DNA from: a virus
Lineage: Duplodnaviria > Caudoviricetes
Reading direction: 5' to 3' (one strand)
IMG/VR virus record: IMGVR_UViG_3300032327_000597
Location: 1-42,314 of that record
DNA length: 42,314 nt
Below the pieces are notes generated by a model. That model searched no databases. It was not told where the DNA came from and saw nothing but the letters and a program-made list of their open reading frames with translations. How positions within the stretch are numbered: the stretch's first letter is position 1; every line of letters starts with the position of its first letter. Shown piece by piece: positions 29,259-35,157 of this stretch. A program made the position numbers and the translations under genes.

Positions 29259-29708
29259 TTATTTGGTAACGTCAACCACTTGATATTCGTAATTGATTGT
29301 GTCTTCATTTTCACGGAAGGTAACAGCACCATTCTTATGATGGAAACGGCGTGCCATTTCTGTTTTTGGACTCAGAGTCACAAAGCGAGTGACGTTGGGA
29401 AATTGACGTTTGATCTCATCTACAGTTTCTATCAGCAGTTCTTTGCCAGCACCTGGAGCATACGACCAAATGGTGTAGAAAATTGCCGTATTGGGCATGA
29501 GTGCGTCTTGGGCTAGTTCAGCTACTGACGCAGGAACATGATCGCAAAGACTAACACATACCATGGCTTTTGGATCCTCGCCCTCAACTATGCTTGAGAT
29601 AAAACGATTTTCGCTAACACGGAACTCAGCAGGAATCTCAGGACGAACTGGATCATCCTTGAGAAACTTGATAAGTGGACTGGCCAAATCTGTGATAAAT
29701 GTTAGCAT
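29259..29708 (-). CDS. Hypothetical protein, GNAT-like C-terminus
   Basis: IFYTIWSY..GAG...VTLSP...A.RFH.KNG; preceded by TAAATA-N5-ATG. Confidence 0.7.
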   Translation of the reverse strand: MLTFITDLASPLIKFLKDDPVRPEIPAEFRVSENRFISSIVEGEDPKAMVCVSLCDHVPASVAELAQDALMPNTAIFYTIWSYAPGAGKELLIETVDEIKRQFPNVTRFVTLSPKTEMARRFHHKNGAVTFRENEDTINYEYQVVDVTK

Positions 29709-29729
29709 ATAATTATTTACCTTTCTTGT

Positions 29730-29960
29730 CTATTCTGGAGTGGCCTCGGCGACAACTTCTTCAACAACTGGAGCCTTGTAGCCAGGACGACTTTTTAACA
29801 CAGCAATCCTACGTTGTATCTTTGCCGCATTCTTTTTGCGAGCGCCGCCTAGCATTTTTTCCAACTGAGCAATGTTTAGTGGGCCTAGTCTTTCCTTGCC
29901 ATTCTTGGTGCGCATTGGATCTGCTTGACGAGTTTTTTGACCTGTTTTATTGCTTGCCAT
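29730..29960 (-). CDS. Small basic hypothetical protein
   Basis: 76 aa; AAGGA RBS. Confidence 0.7.
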   Translation of the reverse strand: MASNKTGQKTRQADPMRTKNGKERLGPLNIAQLEKMLGGARKKNAAKIQRRIAVLKSRPGYKAPVVEEVVAEATPE

Positions 29961-29977
29961 TTTTGTGTCCTTTATTG

Positions 29978-30051
29978 TGGAGCGGGATAAGAGAATCGAA
30001 CTCTTGACTGGAGATTGGAAATCTCTAATTTTGCCATTAAACTAATCCCGC
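29978..30051 (-). tRNA. tRNA-Gly(TCC)
   Basis: GCG...CGCTCCA ends, anticodon loop TTTCCAA. Confidence 0.93.
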
Positions 30052-30060
30052 ATGTTGTTA

Positions 30061-30089
30061 ATTATACAGCCTAAGATACAAACTGTCAA
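30061..30089 (-). promoter_or_regulatory. Internal sigma70 promoter upstream of tRNA-Gly
   Basis: TTGACA-N17-TATAAT. Confidence 0.85.
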
Positions 30090-30094
30090 CTATT

Positions 30095-30171
30095 TGGAGC
30101 ACAGGGTGGGACTCGAACCCACGGCTGGACGGCTTTGCAGGCCGCTACATTGGCCACTCTGTCACCTGTGC
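30095..30171 (-). tRNA. tRNA-Cys(GCA)
   Basis: Loop CTGCAAA, U73 discriminator, CCA. Confidence 0.93.
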
Positions 30172-30177
30172 AGTGTT

Positions 30178-30269
30178 TGGCAGAGACGGTGAGATTCGAA
30201 CTCACGGTACTGATTACTCAATACGACAGGTTAGCAACCTGCTGCCTTCGGCCACTCAGCCACGTCTCT
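30178..30269 (-). tRNA. tRNA-Ser(GCT)
   Basis: Loop TTGCTAA, long variable arm, GCCA end. Confidence 0.95.
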
Positions 30270-30302
30270 ATTACTGCTGTAAAACCATTATAACATCTAT
30301 TT

Positions 30303-30392
30303 TGGCGGAAAGTGTGAGATTCGAACTCACGGAGCCCTTTCGAACTCGCTAGTTTTCAAGACTAGATCCTTAAACCACTCGGACAACTTTCC
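30303..30392 (-). tRNA. tRNA-Ser(TGA)
   Basis: Loop CTTGAAA, long variable arm, GCCA end. Confidence 0.95.
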
Positions 30393-30399
30393 ATGTTAG

Positions 30400-30497
30400 T
30401 GTTAGTTATTGTTGGGTCGGGAAACTAACAAACCCCGTGAGCACAGCCCATCCTGTTTTCGTGTCAGCGGATGCGGAATATGGTTACAGGTCCGCTC
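30400..30497 (-). ncRNA. Candidate multi-pseudoknot RNA
   Basis: AGCGGA/TCCGCT stem crossed by CCTGT/ACAGG; CGGG/CCCG stem crossed by TGTTAGTT/AACTAACA. Confidence 0.5.
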
Positions 30498-30516
30498 GAT
30501 TACTTATTACAATATT

Positions 30517-30592
30517 TGGGGTGCTGGATGGGATTCGAACCCACGACAACCGGAATCACAATCCGGGATTCTACCGCTGAACTACCAACACC
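30517..30592 (-). tRNA. tRNA-His(GTG)
   Basis: Loop TTGTGAT, G-1:C73 pair, CCA. Confidence 0.95.
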
Positions 30593-30594
30593 AT

Positions 30595-30630
30595 TGGTCC
30601 GCCCAGAAGGAATCGAACCTCCATCAGGCA
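30595..30630 (-). pseudogene. 3' half of an interrupted tRNA (probably Arg)
   Basis: TGCC-TGAT-GGAGG-TTCGATT-CCTTC-TGGGCGG-ACCA; the acceptor strand pairs with the 5' half at 31174-31201. Confidence 0.88.
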
Positions 30631-30641
30631 TAAATAATTAT

Positions 30642-31106
30642 ATGCTCAAATGTATCCATTGCCAAACTGAATTAAAAGGAAAATATACCTTAAAATTCTG
30701 TTCTCGTTCTTGTTCAGCATCTCATAATAATAAAACTAAAGTTAAGCATGGTAAGTATGCTGAAAAAGAATGCGCTGTTTGTAAAACATTAACAAAGACT
30801 GCCACATATTGTAGTAAAACATGTAGCGGATTAGCTCGTCGAAAATACCTAACTGAAGAAGAAAAAACAGATGCTCGTCGTAGAGGGTGGCGTGAGCATA
30901 ATGCTAATTATAGAGCACAGCTATTAAATCAAACACCAGTTGATGCAGATCGAAATAATATTCGAATCTTTTATGATAACTGCCCGACTGGATATGAAGT
31001 AGATCATATTATACCTATCAGTAAGGGAGGATTACATACCCTATCTAATTTGCAGTATCTTACTGTTACTGAAAATCGTAGAAAAAGTAATAAACTAGTG
31101 GTCTGA
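30642..31106 (+). CDS. HNH homing-type endonuclease with N-terminal Cys zinc ribbons (154 aa)
   Basis: EVDHIIPISKGGLHTLSNLQYLTVTENRRKSN; CIHC, FCSRSC, CAVC and YCSKTC motifs; start at TAAATA-N5-ATG 30642. Confidence 0.9.
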   Translation: MLKCIHCQTELKGKYTLKFCSRSCSASHNNKTKVKHGKYAEKECAVCKTLTKTATYCSKTCSGLARRKYLTEEEKTDARRRGWREHNANYRAQLLNQTPVDADRNNIRIFYDNCPTGYEVDHIIPISKGGLHTLSNLQYLTVTENRRKSNKLVV

Positions 31107-31173
31107 CTGGAGAGGATCGAACTCCCATCAAAAGGGTAGAAACCTTCTGTACTATCCATTGTACTACAGTCAG
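31099..31173 (-). tRNA. tRNA-Arg(TCT)
   Basis: CTGACTG/CAGTCAG acceptor, loop TTTCTAC, A20 in the D loop, ACCA end overlapping the HNH stop codon. Confidence 0.9.
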
Positions 31174-31201
31174 CCTGTACTATCCATTGTACTACGGGCG
31201 G
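31174..31201 (-). pseudogene. 5' half of the interrupted tRNA
   Basis: CCGCCCG-TA-GTACAATGGATAGTAC-AGG; 21 bp (31175-31195) are identical to the D-arm region of tRNA-Arg(TCT) at 31147-31167. Confidence 0.88.
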
Positions 31202-31222
31202 ATTTGTTTGTTAAATAGCATT

Positions 31223-31888
31223 ATGCCAAAAAAATTACTATTGCTTGTTGCGTTACTTCTTATATCTTTGTCTGCTCGTGCCGTACAAGATGGTGTATAC
31301 GGAATGATAGCCTATGGTGATGTTATAGGACCTAGTTCAATTTCCGTTGCCAACGGTGCATTTAATGGTGCACCATATGCTAATGGCAACGCCAACAATA
31401 ACTTTAATCTAGCAAATGATGGACGTTTTTCCGTTAATGGGTCTGTAGGGTATATTAAAAGCAACATCGGCATTGAGTTCAAATATATTAATCTAGGGTC
31501 ACAACATCAAACTGGTGTCAACGGTAACAGCCTACAAGCAGGTGAAACTGGAACATATGGTGGACACTATTATGGGATCAATGGACAGTACTTTATGCCC
31601 ATTATGGACAACAAGCACGATATATTCTTTTCGCTGGGCGCCGGTCAGATGCACACTACCTTTGCCACAGTTAATTCTCAAGCATTCACAAGTTCTGCAC
31701 CACAAAGTGCTACACAAAATGAGTGGGCCGCATTGCTGGGTGTTGGAGCTAGATTTAGTATCACCGATCACTTCGGCATCAATCTCGAAGCTGATCGTAT
31801 CACTCCGGTGACACACGGACTTCTTAACTCTGGTATCTATAACAACGCCTACACTATACTTTCTGTAGGTTTCGTTGTTAGTTACTAA
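31223..31888 (+). CDS. Outer-membrane beta-barrel protein (OmpA-TM/Ail/Lom-like)
   Basis: Signal peptide MPKKLLLLVALLLISLSARA, amphipathic strands, GVGARF and terminal SVGFVVSY; preceded by TAAATA-N5-ATG. Confidence 0.8.
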   Translation: MPKKLLLLVALLLISLSARAVQDGVYGMIAYGDVIGPSSISVANGAFNGAPYANGNANNNFNLANDGRFSVNGSVGYIKSNIGIEFKYINLGSQHQTGVNGNSLQAGETGTYGGHYYGINGQYFMPIMDNKHDIFFSLGAGQMHTTFATVNSQAFTSSAPQSATQNEWAALLGVGARFSITDHFGINLEADRITPVTHGLLNSGIYNNAYTILSVGFVVSY

Positions 31889-31890
31889 TT

Positions 31891-31964
31891 TGGCTCCGGG
31901 CCAGGGAATTGAACCCCGTCAAGCAGGTTTGGAGTCTGCGGTGCTACCGTAACACTTGCCCGGA
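31891..31964 (-). tRNA. tRNA-Trp(CCA)
   Basis: Loop CTCCAAA, GCCA end. Confidence 0.9.
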
Positions 31965-31970
31965 ATTGTT

Positions 31971-32045
31971 TGGTAGTAGCGGTGAGACTCGAACCAACAC
32001 CTTGCTCCGTATGAAGGAGGTGCACGACCATTATGCTACATTACC
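31971..32045 (-). tRNA. tRNA with CAT anticodon (Met/fMet/Ile2 not resolved)
   Basis: Loop TTCATAC; mismatches in acceptor, anticodon and T stems; ACCA end. Confidence 0.75.
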
Positions 32046-32354
32046 TTATGCTATAAACCAATCATCCTCATCTTTGGTAACGATTGATTCATTTCCGTCG
32101 TACTCATCTATTCTAAATGCAGTTCCCTCGGGAACCCAAGCAACGGTTAAATCATTGTAGTTGCTGACATAAATGTCTGGAAACTTCAATCCTATATAAG
32201 AACGAAGGGCATCATCATCTTCATCCTCTAGATATTTTACAATAGTAGGATCAAATAGTATTTCTGGATATTCCTTGTTCCAAGTGTACCAGCCTGCTCC
32301 AAATCCAGGAGAGTAGACCACAGCAACCTTACCATCACGCACGACTTTATTCAT
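32046..32354 (-). CDS. Hypothetical phage protein (102 aa)
   Basis: MNKVVRDGKVAVVYSPGFGAGW...FRIDEYDGNE; AGGAG RBS. Confidence 0.85.
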   Translation of the reverse strand: MNKVVRDGKVAVVYSPGFGAGWYTWNKEYPEILFDPTIVKYLEDEDDDALRSYIGLKFPDIYVSNYNDLTVAWVPEGTAFRIDEYDGNESIVTKDEDDWFIA

Positions 32355-32382
32355 CTTGCTCTCCTTTACAGTTGAAAATATT

Positions 32383-32528
32383 CGGCTTTCGCCTTCCACA
32401 ACTATACTCCTCAACTTCCCATCCATCGGCACCTGTGGTCAGACTTGCGATGTTTGTACGGCCCCGCATTCTAGTGCGAGTGATCCTTGAGGTAGACTGC
32501 TAGGCCTAAACCCGCCTAGCATCGGGCC
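32383..32528 (-). ncRNA. Candidate multi-helix structured RNA
   Basis: GCTAGGC/GCCTAGC, CCTCAA/TTGAGG, CTCGCA/TGCGGG, CATCG/CGATG and GGC-GAAA-GCC helices. Confidence 0.5.
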
Positions 32529-32630
32529 TTTGTTGTTTTACCCATTAAACTACCGTAGACTGCTTTTCCATAATACTACGTAACTATGGTCCACTTGATC
32601 TACAGGCAGGCTTCGAACCTGCAAAACAAA
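32529..32630 (-). ncRNA. Circularly permuted tRNA-like RNA (YrlA/Y-RNA-like topology)
   Basis: Order is T arm, acceptor 3' strand CTGTAGA, 39-nt linker, acceptor 5' strand TCTACGG, D arm; closed by TTTGTT/AACAAA. Confidence 0.7.
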
Positions 32631-32632
32631 TA

Positions 32633-32746
32633 TGGTGTTTGTGTTGGCGCTTGAATCCACGGTAGCCCTACTCTTCATGGCACCTCTTGCGTCGACCGGT
32701 ATCATAGCAAGTTCAGTGTTGTTCCATTGTAGCTACTACACAAACA
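32633..32746 (-). ncRNA. Candidate structured RNA with terminal stem and CCA end
   Basis: TGTTTGTGT/ACACAAACA terminal helix plus CCA; internal GTAGC/GCTAC and ATGATACC/GGTGCCAT pairings. Confidence 0.6.
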
Positions 32747-32752
32747 TTGATT

Positions 32753-32851
32753 TGGCTCCCATACAGGATTCGAACCTGTGGTGCATACTCTCTCCCGGCG
32801 CCGGGAGGTTGGAGTTTGGGCTACACCAGCTGCCCTCTCATGCGATGGGGG
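32753..32851 (-). ncRNA. tRNA-like RNA with anticodon arm replaced by a long hairpin
   Basis: Perfect T arm ACAGG-TTCGAAT-CCTGT, short acceptor CCCAT/ATGGG, GCCA end; GGTGTA/TGCACC, ACTC/GAGT and CTCCCGG/CCGGGAG helices. Confidence 0.65.
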
Positions 32852-32857
32852 TGCTCT

Positions 32858-32890
32858 TGGCGGATCATTTAACTTTCGAATCGCTCTAAA
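32858..32890 (-). pseudogene. Possible degraded tRNA 3' remnant (Asp-like end)
   Basis: TTCGAAA loop followed by ...TGATCCGCCA; the T stem pairs poorly. Confidence 0.35.
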
Positions 32891-32907
32891 CAATGATAAA
32901 TATTAGT

Positions 32908-33678
32908 ATGAAACAAAAATATTTTATCCAGGCTCGATGTAAAAATTGTAATAACCCTTATTCTAAACAGCAGGATTCTAATAGAGCCCACTGTAGTGAT
33001 CAGTGTCGCAAAGAATTTCGCAACGCTAACAAAAAAATTGTTGAGACAAAAGAATGTCTCGAATGTAATATTGCCCATAATAAACCAGGCATATTTTGTT
33101 CCTCAAGCTGTTCTGCAAAATATTCTAATGCTAGAAAAGACTATAGTAAAATAAAAACTGGACCTGTTAAAGGAACTTTACCTGCTAATATATTTTGTAA
33201 ATTGCCACACTCGATAGTAGAATTTTGCACTTGCGAAATATGTAATACTACATTTACTCGAAACTCAATACACAAAGGATCTAAACGGGTATGTAGAGAT
33301 GAGACCTGTATTAAAAAATTTAAACGCAAAGTAAGAGTTGGTAAATGTGGAGGATTTCGTGCTAATTCTACTAGGGTTACTAGGACAATCTACAAAGGCC
33401 AGCAGATGGATTCTGGTGCAGAACTAGCATTTGCAAAATTACTAGATACTAATAATATAGATTGGGACAAAAATTCTACTATCTGGTTTGAGTATTTGCC
33501 TGGCAAAAAATACTATCCTGATTTTTTCTTACCAAAATACAATGCCTGGATAGAAATAAAAGGCAAATACTATGTTAGAGAAGACGACGAACTTCGTTGG
33601 AAGTCTGTTCCTAATCTTGAAGTTATATGGTCAAATAATATTACTTTGCCAAAAGTATATGGCGAGGATGAAGGGTAA
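32908..33678 (+). CDS. PD-(D/E)XK endonuclease with N-terminal Cys zinc ribbons (homing-type, 256 aa)
   Basis: DSGAE...YYPDFFLPKYNAWIEIKG; CKNC, HCSDQC, CLEC and FCSSSC motifs; start at TAAATA-N5-ATG 32908. Confidence 0.85.
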   Translation: MKQKYFIQARCKNCNNPYSKQQDSNRAHCSDQCRKEFRNANKKIVETKECLECNIAHNKPGIFCSSSCSAKYSNARKDYSKIKTGPVKGTLPANIFCKLPHSIVEFCTCEICNTTFTRNSIHKGSKRVCRDETCIKKFKRKVRVGKCGGFRANSTRVTRTIYKGQQMDSGAELAFAKLLDTNNIDWDKNSTIWFEYLPGKKYYPDFFLPKYNAWIEIKGKYYVREDDELRWKSVPNLEVIWSNNITLPKVYGEDEG

Positions 33679-33739
33679 CGATCCCTCCTGAATATCCGGC
33701 GTGACAGGCCGGCGACCACTCCGTGCAGTCCCCATCCCC
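33660..33739 (-). tRNA. tRNA-Asp(GTC) with atypical T loop
   Basis: CCGGC-CTGTCAC-GCCGG anticodon arm, G73, CCA; T loop ATCGTTA; 3' 19 nt overlap the endonuclease ORF. Confidence 0.85.
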
Positions 33740-33824
33740 TAAATTTTGAGACTTACTCCTTCGATCACTTCTCACCGGCTTCAAGGCGCAGGGCGAGTTA
33801 GTCAAATCCATTACGGGCGAATAC

Positions 33825-33898
33825 TGGTTGCTGGGATAGGACTTGCACCTATACCTTTGGCTTATGAGACCAATGTGCGGCTTTTACACTACCCTGCT
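33825..33898 (-). tRNA. tRNA with CAT anticodon (initiator-like 1:72 mismatch)
   Basis: Loop CTCATAA; A1:A72 and A4:A69 mismatches; T loop TGCAAGT; ACCA end. Confidence 0.75.
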
Positions 33899-33906
33899 AT
33901 TGTTAA

Positions 33907-33982
33907 TGGTGGAGGTTAGGAGATTCGAACTCCTCGCCTATTGCTTGCAAAGCAATTGCTCTACCAAATGAGCTAAACCCCC
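33907..33982 (-). tRNA. tRNA-Ala(TGC)
   Basis: G3:U70 pair, loop TTTGCAA, ACCA end. Confidence 0.95.
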
Positions 33983-33998
33983 ATTGTAATACATTATG

Positions 33999-34071
33999 CT
34001 CCCCGGGTACGACTTGAACGTACGACCAAAAGATTAACAGTCTTCTACTCTACCGACTGAGCTACCGGGGA
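33999..34071 (-). tRNA. tRNA-Asn(GTT)
   Basis: Loop CTGTTAA, G73; CCA not encoded. Confidence 0.93.
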
Positions 34072-34095
34072 GCATAATGCACTACCTAAAACTTA

Positions 34096-34310
34096 CCATT
34101 AGTTGTATTGTCATGTTATGGACTAGGCCCAACCCTAGTCGTTTGCTTTTACCGTCCCATGCTTACTTTACAGGATGATCAGTCCCATCTCGTCATAGTC
34201 CAACTCGCGTTAGTTAGTCTACAGTTATACTGTAGCATTTGCCGGCGCTCCCTAACGTTGAAAGTGCATTATCCCATACAGGGATTTTTCCATAACAACA
34301 CAACTAATGG
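34096..34310 (-). ncRNA. Candidate ~215-nt structured RNA closed by a long terminal helix
   Basis: 11-bp and 9-bp inverted repeats join the ends; internal hairpins at 34121-34140, 34219-34235 and 34271-34285. Confidence 0.6.
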
Positions 34311-34334
34311 CGTCCCTAACCGATAGACGATGGC
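34308..34334 (-). pseudogene. Internally deleted tRNA remnant (Glu/Asp-like)
   Basis: GCCATCGTCTATCGGTTAGGGACGCCA is a D-arm sequence fused to a GGACGCCA 3' end. Confidence 0.45.
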
Positions 34335-34397
34335 TGTATGACTCTACCTTTGTGGCCCTTGCCAGTGCTATATTATTAGTGGTTACTATAAAATCTA

Positions 34398-34532
34398 TTA
34401 TAGATTAAACACATGAACAATACATTTATATACTAGAAATGCTAAAAATGCATATGCTACTAGTTTCATAATAAATCTTACCTTTTTCTCACCAGGTGTT
34501 ATTATTTCATTCTCATAATCGTTTAGTGCCAT
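34398..34532 (-). CDS. Small membrane protein (44 aa)
   Basis: MALNDYENEIITPGEKK followed by a TM helix; AGGAG RBS. Confidence 0.7.
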   Translation of the reverse strand: MALNDYENEIITPGEKKVRFIMKLVAYAFLAFLVYKCIVHVFNL

Positions 34533-34564
34533 TTTAATACTCCTTTTTAATGTTATGCTGCTAG

Positions 34565-34641
34565 TGGTACACTGTACGGGATTCGAACCCGTGAATGTCA
34601 CCGTGAAAGGGTGATGACTTAAGCCACTTGTCGAACAGTGT
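34565..34641 (-). tRNA. tRNA-Glu(TTC)
   Basis: Loop CTTTCAC, ACCA end. Confidence 0.93.
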
Positions 34642-34650
34642 ATAAAACTT

Positions 34651-34735
34651 TGGTGGAGCATCCTGGGATCGAACCAGGCATGTCTAAAGACGGCGGATTT
34701 ACAGTCCACTGCATCACCATTGATGCTTCTGCTCC
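34651..34735 (-). tRNA. tRNA-Tyr(GTA)
   Basis: Loop CTGTAAA, long variable arm, ACCA end. Confidence 0.95.
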
Positions 34736-34971
34736 ATTGTAAAATTGTAACACTCTCTCGGCTATACCGGTTCCGGCCCGTTCAGGGGGCTATGAGAGAG
34801 TGTAATAAAGCATACTGCTTTCATCCTCTTAGACGCTGGATCAACGCACCACAATACGCTTTATTACGCTAGATTTTTTTACACCACACAAGGTGCTCCA
34901 TCCCTAGGTCCGCCCGTTTGTGCTTGTTTTCAGTGTAGCACAGGACCTCGTTTCCTGCAACCACTCCCTGC

Positions 34972-35142
34972 TTATCTTGCTGTATGAAACGCCGGATTCA
35001 CTCTACGTGATTCCATGGCTATCACAGCACGATCAATCTTGCTTTGAAACAACTGCTGTTTCTGTTCTTCACTTAGAGTGAATCCAGGAATTTCTGTTGC
35101 TTGTCTAACAATGCGTTCATTCAATTTTGTATAATCAATCAT
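34972..35142 (-). CDS. Small hypothetical protein (56 aa), first gene after the attenuator
   Basis: Hand-translated MIDYTKLNERIVRQATEIPGFTLSEEQKQQLFQSKI...; AAGGAG RBS. Confidence 0.65.
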   Translation of the reverse strand: MIDYTKLNERIVRQATEIPGFTLSEEQKQQLFQSKIDRAVIAMESRRVNPAFHTAR

Positions 35143-35157
35143 GTTTTCACTCCTTAT

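Noticed and set aside
30471-30641. N-terminal extension of the HNH ORF given in the ORF track
   Set aside because: It is antisense tRNA-His and tRNA-half sequence; TAAATA-N5-ATG at 30642 is the better start.
30631-31173. Group I intron in the split tRNA
   Set aside because: The insert is fully occupied by the HNH ORF and an intact tRNA, leaving no room for a P3-P7 core, and the anticodon loop of the old tRNA is missing.
32632-33329. ORFs 32632-32889, 32702-32893, 32869-33078 and 33141-33329
   Set aside because: They overlap structured RNA candidates or lie antisense to the endonuclease gene, with no coding signal.
33745-33822. 5' half of an old tRNA-Asp, or another ncRNA, upstream of tRNA-Asp
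   Set aside because: No GGATCA acceptor strand or D arm was found; only short helices, insufficient to call.
34533-34709. Upstream part of the 103-aa ORF 34398-34709
   Set aside because: It overlaps tRNA-Glu and tRNA-Tyr; the RBS-supported start is 34532.
34900-34960. Hammerhead ribozyme (GAAAC...GTC on the minus strand)
   Set aside because: No CUGANGA core is present and stem III cannot form.
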